Notes under the pieces: generated by a model
Told to the model about the DNA's origin: nothing
The model's database searches: none
The model's input: only the letters and a program-made list of their open reading frames with translations
Shown: piece by piece, positions 40,390 to 54,090 of the stretch
How the letters are laid out: the number at the start of each line of letters is the position of its first letter
How positions within the stretch are numbered: position 1 is the stretch's first letter
NCBI RefSeq assembly: GCF_026210795.1
Contig: NC_089431.1
Span: 930,001 to 994,000, forward strand
Reading direction: 5' to 3'
DNA length: 64,000 nucleotides
Origin: Rhizophagus irregularis
Taxonomy: Eukaryota
Program-made: the position numbers and the translations under genes

Positions 40390-41625
40390 ATGGGAAACGG
40401 TAAGTCAAAAATTAAAAAACAAACAAAACTTACGACAGAGGTTAAGCCTCAAATAATAAATGAAGTAAAAGAAGATAAAGAACTGAAATATTATTTACCA
40501 AATAATTATACGGACGTTGATAGACAACACAATAATACATTTGTAAAAAAAGAAGTTTTTCAAGGTAGTTTTTCTGCTTCTATTGAAGAGAGATTAAATA
40601 GAGGAGAATGTAAAGTATTAGATGTATGGTAAGTAAAAAGTGGTAAGTAAAGAAAATTATATGATATTTTTTAAAATAATTTTATTAATAATATATATTT
40701 TTATACCATATTCTTTAGTTGTGGTCCTGGAACATGGTTATTAGACCTAGCAGCCAAACACGAGAAATCCTCTTTTTTTGGAGTGGATATTAAGCCAATA
40801 TTTCCAACGGAGGTAAATTACTTTTAAAGGGATATTAAATTTATATAATACATTATAATACATTAATTAATACTTTTGCTAATATTTTTTTTTTTTTTAG
40901 ATAAAACCATCAAATTTAAATTTTATTCAAGCAGATGTATCGAATGGATTACCATTTCCTGATAACGAATTTGATTTTGTGAATCAGGAAACAATGTTAT
41001 TTATTTGGACGATAGATCAATGGGATTTTATCCTATCTGAGCTCGTTAGGTATTTATAATTTATATATGTATATATAAAATTTTTCTTTTATATCAATTT
41101 TAAATATTTGTTTTATAGAGTAACATGCCCAGGTGGATATATTCAAATATGCGAGCAAAATTTTTCTGTATATAAAGGCATAGGTCCAGTTTTTTATAAA
41201 ATTCTTGAAGATGGACGTAAGTATTATTCGGTCCTTTCTTAAAAAAAAAAAACTTGATAATAGAATTCTCTCATTCATACTGTATGTTTTTAGATTACGC
41301 CTCTGGTTTAAAGCGAAATGTAGATATAAAAATAACACCTCGTCTTAAGGAAAAACTTGGATCCCAGCAAAATATTACAACGGTTCATGAAGAAGAAAGA
41401 CAAGTTGTTCTTGGTCCAAATGGTGGTAAAATTGGATTAGCATTACAAGACATTTATTTAAGTTATATGTCAACTAATATAGCAATTGAAACAATGAGTG
41501 TTCTTTTAGGAATGTCAAAGGAAGAATATAGAAATCATTTAAATTATGATCTTATAAATGAATTTAAAGAAACTAATACTTTTCATATAGTAAATAGATA
41601 TTGGGCTCAAAAGAATGTAAATTAA
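40390..41625 (+). CDS. Class I SAM-dependent methyltransferase (LaeA-like/Methyltransf_25), tandem copy 1; 5 exons
   Basis: MGNGKS start; YYLPNNYTDVDRQH; spliced motif I VLDVCCGPGTW; FFGVDI; LPFPDNEFDFV; ELVRVTCPGGYI; C-terminal RYWAQK. Confidence 0.88.
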
Positions 41626-42341
41626 AAGTGTCTTCTTATTAAAAATATATTAATGTACTTATTTATTATACAGTTATTATTGTACTACTTTATTACCCTT
41701 AATATTAATAGAATTTGAATAATTTAATATAATTTTTTTGATTTTTTTTTTCCACTATAATTTCATTGTGAGTTGTGACATATGCGATTACAGTACGATT
41801 TTCTGAATGGTATTTCCCGAATATAATTTAATTACCTGAATGCCAATTTTCCGAACTGGACATTTTCCTGAATTTGCATAAATTACAGTTTTTAAATTTT
41901 GTTAAACAATAATTATAATAACTTTATTAAAATTTATACAAAAATGCATTCAGAAAAGAAACGCGGAATAGAATGAGCAATTATCATTCAACTAGATTAC
42001 TAGAAATGTCTCACTTTATAAAATTTGGGAAGAAACATCAAATATATACAGTAAGTGAATCTTGAACCGAGATTATCATTAACGTAGTGGTACGGTAATT
42101 TCATGCGGTAATCACTTTGGGATGGCGTTTTTGTTTTTGTATTATGAAACGCTGTTATTTGATTTTCACGTGATCATTTGTCAAAGTGATACTTAGTAAT
42201 TGCTGTTACGTTTAACTTAAAAATTCCCCTGATTATTAGCGTAACCACTTCTTTTAATAAAATAAAATAAAAAAAAAAAAACTGAATTTCTACGTGTTTT
42301 AATAATGGCGTGATTTTAAAATCTTAATTTTTTTTCGGTCT

Positions 42342-42736
42342 CCCTATGAAAAAGGAATTTCAGAATTTGTCTGGAATTTGCCCTCGTTGTCTGAATAATA
42401 ATGTCTGGATAATGACCGGAATCTTTCACATTTCGGTACATTATTCTTCATCTATAATATACTTTACAATCCTCAATATTTATTTGGGTTATAAGAAATT
42501 TTTTTCTTTTTTTCAGAATGTAGCAATAGGAATACAATAAAAATTTTAATTTTCTTTCATAAATCAAGGTATAAATAAAGACCCGGACGTCCGGAATCAT
42601 TCATATTTCGGTTCATTGTCCGGATGTCCGGAATTATTCATACTTCGGTTACATTATCCAGACGTCCGGAACCATGGTACATTTTCCGGAACGTTCCAGA
42701 CATTCTCGCTGGACATCTTTTTTTTTTTTTGTAGGG
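42342..42736. mobile_element. CMC/EnSpm-like MITE (CCCTA...TAGGG termini)
   Basis: Begins CCCTATGAAAAA and ends TTTTTTGTAGGG. Repeated subterminal TCCGGA/GTCCGGAA motifs occur in both orientations. TSD unclear. Confidence 0.6.
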
Positions 42737-45717
42737 ACTAGGGATCTTATAAAATAAAAAAGTGGAATTATAAACATTATAAACATTATAAACATTATAA
42801 TGTTTTCGTTAATCCATACTTTTTTAAATAATCATAGAGTTATTCGGTTTTCAGACATGTGATCAAAATTTTTAAATCATGTGATTGGAAACTCGTGTAA
42901 ACCAATCAAAATAGTTTATTTATACAGAACCATTTGAGCCAATCATTCGAATTTTTTGAATTTTTTACCAAATTAATATTAGCTTAAAAATTTCCTTTTT
43001 AGATAAAAAAAGAATTTGTTTTGAAAATGATAAAATAATACGTAATATTAGTATTTTGGTAAAAATAAACAACATTTGTATAAACAACTTGAAAATATTT
43101 AAAGCATCCAATAAAAATCATTCAAATTAATCATACAAAAAAAAAAAAATTTCGTAATGAACCTAAAAAGAATGATCTAGACAAAACTTTCATCTAAATT
43201 TTATTTTTATTGGTGAAGATTTACAATCTTTTTGATTTATAAAGAGAAGAAGAGAAAGATTATTTTTTTGAAAGTTATTGTGAAAACCGATTCGTTCTTT
43301 TTTTTTTTGATATCATGACCATAAAGAAAGTAACTGGTACCTTATCAATGTTACCAATAATATATCATAATATTTAAAGAATGGTACCAGAAAGTAATAA
43401 AGTAATATAATTCGTTCTTTCTCACATAGTAATGACTAAAATAACTAAAGAAAAAGTGAAAATTTTACATAAAAACTCAACATATTGCATATTTCCGATA
43501 TACAGTATTTATAATATTACGGGATTTCCTTTTTTCTTCACAAAAAAATTATTTTCTGTAGCAGTTCAAAAAAAATGAAGCTAAAAAAGGGAAAAATAAT
43601 AAAGTATACAAAGAATTTTAATCTTTTTGCGCGTTTTTACACAAATGTTTTTTACATACCAGATACTGTAAATGTTATTTTCGCATATACATACGTTATA
43701 CTGTTGATATACATGATCATGTTTTTTTTTTAAGTGTGCATAAAAAACTAAAAAATCCCTTATTGTATTAACAAGGGTTATACATATTTTTTTTTTCTTT
43801 ATTATGACAAAAGTATATTTTTGTAATGTTTTTTTGTCTGCATGTAATCTAAAAATTTAGAATTTACCAATAAATAGAGTTTTAAAAACTGTCCTATTAA
43901 GGAGAATATTTGAATTGTGAGACAATTGAGACATTGCTTTTTTTTTAATGTATAAATATATATACAACATAGTTAAAACAACGATATATGCAGGGTCCCT
44001 CGAAAAATAACGTGGAATCGAGGGAATTTGATTGGATGAATTTTTCTCGTGTAACAATATAAATAAAGGAAACTGTAAACAAAGTGTTACTAATAGTCAA
44101 AAGATTCAATATTCCGAATTTCCCGATTATTATTATTTTTTTTTTTAAAAAAAAACTTCTAAAGGTGCAAATCCTTTCACCTGACTCTTCTTATGCATTA
44201 ATGAGTAAAATTTACATGTAAAATTTTTAAGGGATGATATTCATTCCCTTACTTTTTTTTTTAAAAAAAAAATAAAATAAAATAAAATAAAATAAAATAA
44301 ATATTAATATTTTAAATAATTTTTCATCGAATTTTCAATAACTGGAATTAAGAAATACCGATAAATAAAAAATAATTTTAAATTAAACTAATTTTATATT
44401 TGAATATGCAAAAATTTCTCATTTGAGGTTCATATAAATTGACATTGCATTTTGATCCCTGCATATTTATCTGGAAAAAAAACAATAAGCAAATATAGTA
44501 AAATTAAAAATTTTTTTTTTTTTCAAGAATAATTTTTCTATTCCGGGTTTGTAATGAACATGTTACAGTTGTTACACGACTTTTTTTTATTATTTTGGTC
44601 GTAAAATATTTGTTTTGAATAAACACATAAATAATGTTTTTTTTCTTAAGTCTGTTCAACGAAAATGATGTAATCAAAAATAAAAAACGTATCAAAAGCA
44701 TCAAAAGTCATCAAACAACATAACATCAAAAAAAAAAAAAAAGTATCAAAAAGTATCAAATGTCATCAAATGTTATCAAACGTACAAAAAAGTATCAAAT
44801 GTATGAATTTATGCTAAAGAAAGAAAAAAGGCTTTTATTTATTAAATTATACGTACATAATTTTTTATATATAAAAAAAAACTGTAGTTAACATTTTGTG
44901 GCTGCATTTTTTTCATATTATACCTTTTTAATACCTTTTGTTTTTTAATAAAGTACAAAAAGGAAAAACGTTATGTTTTTGTTATTTTTGAAATTTTAAT
45001 AATATTTATTAAAAATAAGTTTTAGTTCTTACTATAAGTCGTACAAAAGTTAATAATTTTTTTTATTAAAATTAGTAAAATTTAATAAGTTTCAAGTTTA
45101 GTTTTATTTTTTTATTATTTTTTTTATTTTATTTTATTTTTTTTTTGTTTTTATTTTTTTTTTTTAAAATTTTTTTTTCCTTGTTCTCTTTCGTAACTTC
45201 TAAAGATACATGAGATGAGATAATCATCAATCCTATTATTTATTTATAAAAGTAAGCCTCTATTTTTTTTAAAAAAAAGATTGCACGTCAACTGTTGTAA
45301 TAAAAAAGATTTGGAAAAGATCTGCATATTTTTATTTAGTTTAAACATTCCACATGGAAATACGATAAATTAAACAGATAACTTAATAAATTACAACTGA
45401 AACAATGCTTTTTTACAACATGATCAAACAAAATTGGTAAATTAATTATGTCGTGAATATTGATTGCGTATTTATTTATTATTTACAAACCTTAAAAATC
45501 GTACTATTAAGACTTTTACTATTAACTTGATAATTTGATAATGTCATATATTTTAAAATAACGATTTAAAAGTAAAACTTTTTTTTCTTTTTTTTTTTTA
45601 CTTCATATTTCAAAGATTTTTATTTTTTTTAAAAAAAAAATAAAAATAAAAATAACACTCAAATAAAGATCATTTTTAAAGATCTTTTATTTCATTCTTT
45701 TTTTTGTAAAAAAAAAA

Positions 45718-46968
45718 ATGGGAAATAACAAATCAAAAGTTAAAAGAACATTATCAAATTCTTCCAAAAAACATCACCAAAACTCACAATACTTATTATC
45801 AAAAGAATCCGAATCACGGAATTTAGATAAAGAAAAGGAGTTGACATATTACTTATCGAATCATAATGATGAAGATATTGATAGACAACATTTTAATCAT
45901 TTTTTTAGAAAACATATATTTCAAAATAATTTTTCTGTTCCAATAGAAGAAGGATTAATCCAAGGAGGATGTAAAGTATTAGACATCGGGTAAGTAACTA
46001 GTTTGATTTCTTGAATAATGAATATTTTTTAAATGATCTATAAATTAGATGCGGTCCTGGATCGTGGTTATTAGATCTAGCAAGTAAATACGAGAATTCT
46101 TATTTCTTTGGAATTGATATAAAACCAGTATATCCGAATGAGGTAAATATTAAAGTGAACGCTGGATAAAAATGTATATCGTATCGTATAATAAATATGT
46201 ACATTTTTTATATATATAGATAAAACCGAAAAATTTAGAATTCTGCGAAGCCGATATGTTTAATGGATTGCCATTTCCCGATAATGAATTCGATTTTGTG
46301 CATCAAGAAGTAATGTCATTCATAATAAAAGCAGATCAGTGGAATTATGTGATTTCCGAACTTATTAGGTATTGTATAATGTATAATGTATAATGATGCC
46401 TTTATTATTATTTACAGTATACCGACCTAAAAAACTTTTTTTTTTTACAGGGTGACGAAACCAGGAGGATTTATTGAAATTGTTGAATATATTTCACCCG
46501 AAAATAGTGGTCCAGTATTAACTAATGTGTATAAAACACGTAAGTAATAAATAAAATATATATGTATAATAAAGATTTTAATTTTTATATAATATATATA
46601 TAATTAATATATATGTTATATATGTTATATATTATTTAGATTTTGATTTATGCCTTCAACGAGGCGTGGATATGAGTTTGATACCTAATCTTGATAAAAT
46701 AATTGAATCACATCAAAATATATCACAAGTTCATAGAGATGAACGTTCATTTATAATAGGACCAAATGGGGGTAAAGCTGGTTTAGTCATTCAAGATATT
46801 ATAATAACATTTAATACTTCTGACCTTGCAACTGATGATATTTCTTCTAAAAAAGGAATTTCTAAAGAAGAATATAAAAATATGATTTTAAGAGATTTTA
46901 AGAATGAATTAAAAATTACTAAACCCAAATTAAAAGTTTGTAGATTTTGGGCCCAAAAAAATGCCTAA
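45718..46968 (+). CDS. Class I SAM-dependent methyltransferase, tandem copy 2; 5 exons
   Basis: MGNNKS start; DIDRQHFNH; VLDIGCGPGSW; LPFPDNEFDFV; RVTKPGGFIE; RFWAQK. Intron positions match copy 1. Confidence 0.9.
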
Positions 46969-48269
46969 AAAAAAAATAACATATATACATATATAAAAGT
47001 ACATATTTAAAAAATATTTATATTAAAAAATTTTATTGTATTAAATAAAAAGAGATTTTGTACGAACGAATTATATTTGTATTTAAAAAGAGATTTGTAA
47101 GAATAAATTAGAATAATTATTATTATAAATTATAAATAAATAATATAATAAATTATTTTTTTTTCGGGGTTCTTATTTCCGATTAAAACAAAATTCAAAC
47201 CGTCTTTTTCTTTTTTGGTAACAAGAATTATATTTTATGGGATTCTTAAATCCGATTGAAAATTCGAACCATTTTCGGCTTTCGGCTTTTATATAATTAC
47301 ATCGCGTATCACATGAAGTATTGTAACTGTAAACATTCCTTTTACATTGTTGCCCGAATAAATTTAAATCGGAATTACAAAATTAATTAAGGCGCATAAT
47401 AAAACCGATTAAATTAGGTTTGTTATACCTCCGAAATAATTTATTATATAAAACTGTTTGAAAATAATGTTGTGAAAGTTAATTTCCAAATTTGGTCGTA
47501 TTAAAATAATAATGAGTAATTTTCATTACATACAGTATTTTTACATTTCGTGAATGATCTTGATCGAAAATATTAAAAGAAAAATAATTATACTATCATT
47601 ATATAATAATCTTTTTACTTGAATAATTTTGATTGAAACATTTAAAAATAATTGATAAAAACAAATTGATAAAAACTAATAAGGAAAAGTAAAACTGTAC
47701 GTTGTAAATCCCACATACTACCACAAAATATATTAAAATCCTCTTTCTGTTTTTTTTTTCCTTTATTATTATATAAACAAATTCCTTTTTTTACTATAAA
47801 TAAATATATATATATATATATTCAATATTATTTATATTTTTTATAAATTATTTTCTAATTTAGATTCCTTCTTTATATTTCACTATTTTCATTCCTTTTT
47901 AATAATTATCATATAATTGTCATTATTTTCTACAATATTCGCTCATTAATTGACAAAACCCTCCTTTTTATACGTCATTTATCCCTTAATTTAATCTTTT
48001 CTCCCGTCGTTCTTTTTCTTTAACATTCTTTTCCCCCTCCTTTATAACTCATTACCCCCCTTGTAATACGTCAACTTCCTTCCTACTTTCTTTTATTATT
48101 CGTATTTTCTTGCCACTTCAGGCGGAAAATTTATAATGAGTTTAAATTCCAAATTCTTTTAATAAATAGAACACATTTTTTAAAATCACAATTTCGTTGA
48201 GAAATCTTTTATTTAATAATATATTTTTTTTTTCTTGTATATCGTATTATTATTTTATAATAAATAAAT

Positions 48270-49496
48270 ATGGGAAATAATAATTCGACTTTTAAACGTA
48301 AAAATAAAAAAATAGTATTAGATAAAAATGAAACTATGGACTTGGAAGTAGGAAAGGATTTAAAATATTATTTACCGAATAATTATGAAGATATTGATAG
48401 GATTCATATGTTTCATTTTTTTCAAAGATATATATATCAAGGTAATTTTTCTTCTCCGATTGAAGAAAGATTAATGCAAGAAAAATGTAAAGTATTAGAT
48501 ATTGGGTAAGTTAAAATAAATAAATTAATTAATTAACTTTTTTTAAAAGCATTTTTTTTTTTTTTTTTGAGAATTAAATTTTTTTAAATAAAGATGCGGA
48601 CCCGGAACTTGGTTGTTGGATCTTGCAAATAAATATGAAAAATCTTTATTTCATGGGCTTGATAATAATTCAATATTTCCAAATGAGGTTAGTAACGTGA
48701 CAATTAATAAAATAGTAATTAGGTAATTAGGTAATTAGGTATAATAATTAATATATATATATATATAAATTTAATTAGATAAAACCGTCAAACTTAAATT
48801 TTATGAAAGCGGATATGTTTGATGGATTACCGTTCCCTGATAATGAATTTGATTTTGTACATCAGGGTACAATGGCGTTCATTATTAAAGCAGATCAATG
48901 GACCTTTATCATTTCTGAAATGATTAGGTATAACTTTATTATAAATATGTAAATAATTTAAAAAATGGATATTTATTTATTTATTTATTATAGAGTAACA
49001 AAACCTGGTGGATTTGTTGAGATTCATGAACCATATTGTATATCTAAAGGATTTGGTCCAATTTTAAATAAAATAAATGAAGCGCGTAAGTAAATTAATT
49101 ATTTCTTCATATTTATCAACTATTTATTATTAAGGAATGACTAAGATCTATTTTTTAAAAATTATAGACATTTCATCTTGTTTACAAAGAGGAGTAGATA
49201 TGAAATTATTACCAAATCTTGATAAAATAATTAAATCAAATCCAAATACGCCAATAACTTATAAAGATGAAAAATTCTATATTTTAGGACCTAATGGTGG
49301 TAAGATTGGTATGGTTAATCAAGATATTTTTATAGGTTTTCATGATAATGATGTGGCGATGGAAAATTTAAGTCCAGTATTAGGTATTTCTAAAGAAGAA
49401 TATAAAATTATGATGACAAAAGATCTTATAGAAGAACTTAAATATACTAGTCCAGAATATTCATTAATTAGATTTTGGGCTAAAAAAATTAATTAA
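48270..49496 (+). CDS. Class I SAM-dependent methyltransferase, tandem copy 3; 5 exons
   Basis: MGNNNS start; DIDRIHMFH; VLDIGCGPGTW; LPFPDNEFDFV; RVTKPGGFVE; RFWAKK. Same intron positions. Confidence 0.9.
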
Positions 49497-51334
49497 AAAT
49501 TAATTAATAACTGATTAATAATATTATTATAGTATTTTTATAGTATTTTATATTTTTTATATTAGTTTATAAGTTATTATTATTTTATGATATAGTATAA
49601 ATAGAGTATAACAATTATTTTATATATACTTATATTTATACAACTTTTTATATATGAAAAATTTATTTAATTTAGTAGCTTAATTAAATATTTATTTGGT
49701 AATATATATATATATATATATATTAATTTTTAATAAATAGGCGCTAATTACCAAATAAAAATTATTGAAGCATACTGTTAATAATGTTTGTATAATAATA
49801 ATACAAAAAAACAGCACAGTAATGAAGTACTAATTTTTACGTTATTTTGACTCGACATTTTCGTATCTTGTTTTTCCGCTTCAATTTTTTTTCCGAATAA
49901 TTTATTTGTATTTTCTAAAAAAAAAAACAAATCAACAATTAACAATTAATCCGTTCGTTTCATAATCATAGCAAGTTGCACTATTTTATCAGCGTTACTG
50001 GTGATGGACCGATCTAAACTCGGTTAGGATTAGTTGTAAATAATATTGTATATGTTTTTCACATGATATGAAACGAGTTTAATCATTTTTAGTTAAGGTC
50101 AGAAACACCATTTGTCCATTGTCCATCTGATTCAGCAATCACTTCTCTATAATTCGTTAAATTTTTAATGATATTCGGGATTTTTTCGGTCGCGATTGCG
50201 TGCGTCCACTAGTATTACTCTGTCGGAATAGATACCGAAAACTCTAAAGTGATTTCACTTTATGTAAAATCGTTAATTATCATTCTCTTATTCTTCATAA
50301 CTACAGTAAAGGTAATCCGTAGTAATCTTCCCGTTTGTTTAAACTTAATATTATGGTGACTTGAATAAGTTAATAAAAGGGTATGATGGTCGTTCTTTCT
50401 GCAATTACATTTAATGTTGTCATAATAGAGTATTTATAATAATAACTTTTAGATTTAAGTGAAGATACTACTTTATAAAACCTATGAAATTCAATATAAG
50501 AGCGAACGTGATCCCATTTTCATTTCGGATTCTTTAAAAAGTACGTTTATCGTTAGCGTTAAGTATAATCATGTGATAGAATGGTATGATAGTTGATTCA
50601 TTTCTTTTAATATTAAAAATCCGATTAATTAATAAATAATGTTATGGAAATACTAGTATTTCAGTTATTATCGGTTTACCATGATTTCATTGATTAAATT
50701 GTTACTTGTTTCAATAGATGTAATGTTTTTTAGAAAAAAATCTCGAATCTCAAGAACCTTCATCATGATAGTATTATATAAAATGACAATACGATATTTC
50801 TATTATACAAACTTTTTAAGTATTATATATTATATCTTATTCCAAGTTAGAAGATTGAATTTATTACTAATAAAAATATTTTTTATTTATTAAATTAACG
50901 CTCGTTTATATCCTACAGTATAATAATTAGTTTTTTTTCGTTTCGATTAAAATTAATTTTTTCATTTAAAATTAAATAGTAACTATACGTTTATATAAAA
51001 AAAAATATATAACAACCAGCAAAACATTCTTGCTTTTCGATCCGATAGTTTGTGAATAGCATGATCTATATATATATAATTCAATACTTTATTTTCGTCA
51101 ATATCTAATTAATTGGTGCAGGAGAAACCGAATTTTGATCAATTTATTATTTTTTGTCCTTTAAGATTGTGAATACTATAAGATATTCTATTAAACTTAC
51201 TGTACTATTGGAAAAAAATAAAAAGAAAATTTTAAGATGATATAAATGAGTACGATTGCAGTTTATGTTTCATGAAAGAAAATATACGTTTTTTTTAACC
51301 TCTGTTTCAAAAATAATTTTAGATGGATCAATTA

Positions 51335-51723
51335 TTGCGGTTTTCAGAAATGTTGGCATTGATAGATTTTCAATATATTGTATATTTTGTGTTTTTGTGT
51401 TTTTCCGGACATTTTTGATGACAATTTCCGGACAATTTCCAGATATTTTCTGGACAAAAAAAAAAACAAACAAAATATAATTTTTTTCCGGACATTTTCG
51501 ATGACAATTTCTGGACATTGCCTGGACATTTTCCAGATATTTTCCGGATATTTTACAGACAAAATATTGTATTTATGTTTTGTATTTTGTGTTCTTTTTT
51601 GTCCGGAAAATATCTGGAAAATGTCCAGAAATTGTCACCAAAAATGTCCGGAAAAACACAAAAACACAAATATACAATATATTATTGAAAATCTATCAAT
51701 GCCAACATTTCTGAAAACCGCAA
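51335..51723. mobile_element. Young 389-bp MITE with ~125-bp TIRs and TA target-site duplication
   Basis: TTGCGGTTTTCAGAAATGTTGGCATTGATAGATTTTCAAT... is nearly perfectly inverted at the other end, with TA on both flanks. The paralogous site in the next unit (GGATCAATTAAAGTCTTAG, ~55823-55841) is empty. Confidence 0.93.
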
Positions 51724-52208
51724 TAAAGTCTTAGACAACTTAAAGAGAAAAAAAATTTTTATTTAAAAATTTATTCAAATAAAAAAATTAAAAAAGTGAA
51801 TCACTTTAAATATAAAAATAAAAATAATAACAAATATAAAATTATTTGTTTGTTTGCTGCTAATTTTAAATTTTTTCTTAAAGCTTGATATACAAATAAA
51901 TTTTTCATCATCATCGTATCAGAATGCTATTTTGCTAAGCATTTTCGATTTCTAACGTTTCTACCGGTTTGTGATCAAAGTTGAGCGTCTCTTTTTAATT
52001 TTTTAACACGTCCCCCAATAAATAATATAATTTCTAATATATATATATATTTTTTTCGTTTATTTGATCCTGACATAAGAAATTTCCGTTAAGATATAGT
52101 ACTAAATAAATAAAATATATACTAAGTTAATAAAAATTTTTTAAATACTAACTTTTAAATTTATTAAATAATATTCTGACTATTTCCAAAAAAAAAACTT
52201 ACTATAAT

Positions 52209-54090
52209 TTAAGACTCATCATTCAAATCATCATCTTCTTGATTAATTTCGTTGAGATCTATTATTAAAATAATTAATAAATAAAATTAGACGAATAAAA
52301 TAATAAATTACTTCAAATAAATTATTTTACCTAATTCACTAAATTGAACGTCAAAGCATTCTGAAACTATAAATTAAACAATAATATAATTGTTAGAATA
52401 AAATATAAATTTATAATTAATATTAATAATAGTTATACTTACTTATATTTGCTGATACTGATGGAACATCATCTGTTATTAAAAAAAAAATTTGATATCG
52501 TTAAAACTTGAATAAGATTTTTTCATAATTAAAAATTAAAAATTTACCCGAATTAATTTGAAATGATGATAAATCTGATGAATTTACTGGTTCTGGAAGA
52601 TTTTTGAAATTTAACAGTCTACTTGTATAGATTGCTTGAGGATGAGTTTTAATACTTTCAGATTTATTTTCATTTGAACTGTTTTTCAATTTTTTTTCTC
52701 TAGTTTTTGTATAATATTCCCTCATTTGAAAATAAATTTCATTATCACATGTTGTTTCTTTCCATTTATTTAATATTTGATACAATTCTTTAGCAGATGG
52801 TCTATTTTCTGCTTTAGCATCCCAACATTTCGTAATTAAATCTACAAGAAATTTTGGAATATTTTCAAAAATTTTTGGTCTTAGTCCTTTACATATTTTA
52901 ACAGCTAAAATATGATCATGAGGAATATCATTAAAAGGAATTTCTTCAGAAAGGTACTCATTCATAATTATTCCAAATGAATAAATATCAGATGCTTTTG
53001 TATATTGATATCCACGTAAAACTTCTGGTGCCATATAAGGTAATACTCCATAAACTCCTTCTTTTTTATCTGATTTCTCTTTATTATTTACTGGTTGACA
53101 CATTCCTAAATCGCTTATATATAGAGTATCTAATATGTTACCTGAATGAAAATCTTTATGAACTTTTTCAGCATTATGGATGCTTAACAGTCCATTTGCA
53201 ATTCTTGATAAATTATAAAGTTTTATAGTGTCAGAAGAACTATTTAAATAGTAATTTCTTAAATTTCCATTTCCACAATAAAATAAGACCATCATATAAT
53301 CTTTGGTATTTGGATCCTGTGTTATTCCATAGCAGTAAACAATATTCCGAATATAAATCTGAAGATAAGATTTGATCTAATAATTAATATTTTAAAAAAA
53401 AAGTTTAATAAAATTACAATGACAATTTTATATAACGCACAATAAATTAATTTTTTTTTATTTAATTACCTCATTTATAAAGTCAGTACAAATTTCAGAA
53501 GAATTATCCAAACTTTTTAATGCAACTTTACAATTTATGTTTCTTTCCCATTTTTGATTTTCAATATCCCAATGCCAAATATATCCTTCAGGCCATTCAG
53601 CTGAATAAATTTTACTAAAGCCTCCTCTGGTAATATAAGTAACATTTTGTAAATTCTCAAAAGGTATCCATTCAAGGCATTTAAGATAATATACAGCATT
53701 AAGTTGTGAATATTGTATTAATTCATCAATATCTTTATTTCCACTAGTCCAATTTTTAAAATTTTCTTCAAATCTTTTTGCATTACAAGGTTGACACCAA
53801 TTTTCTCCTGTACCAGGTTCATTACATTCTCCACATATGCCATATGCTTCTTTTCTTTTTTCTATTTCATCCATATAGATTACTTTATCATCAATCTCTT
53901 CTGATTTGGTAGCTGAATCAATAGTAGAAATTGTAACATGAACCTAAATAAGTAATAAAAATATATTTGTTAATTAAATCATATTATTTATACATAGTAA
54001 ATTATAATTTGAAACTGCATTTACATGATATTTTTTCGAATCAACTCCTTTCCATAAATTTCTTGGCTTTTCTTTATTCAAAATTTCCAT
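52209..54090 (-). CDS. TKL protein kinase, array copy A (apparently intact); 6 exons
   Basis: Exons 54090-54025, 53943-53470, 53376-52548, 52472-52443, 52366-52331, 52258-52209. Motifs RGGFSKIY, VALK, HKDFHSGN, DLG, PYMAPE, DIYSFG, THPQAIYTSRLL. Confidence 0.88.

Noticed and set aside
51256..51734. Four overlapping ORFs of 72-118 aa
   Set aside because: They lie in the palindromic MITE, and the two strands give mirror-image peptides.
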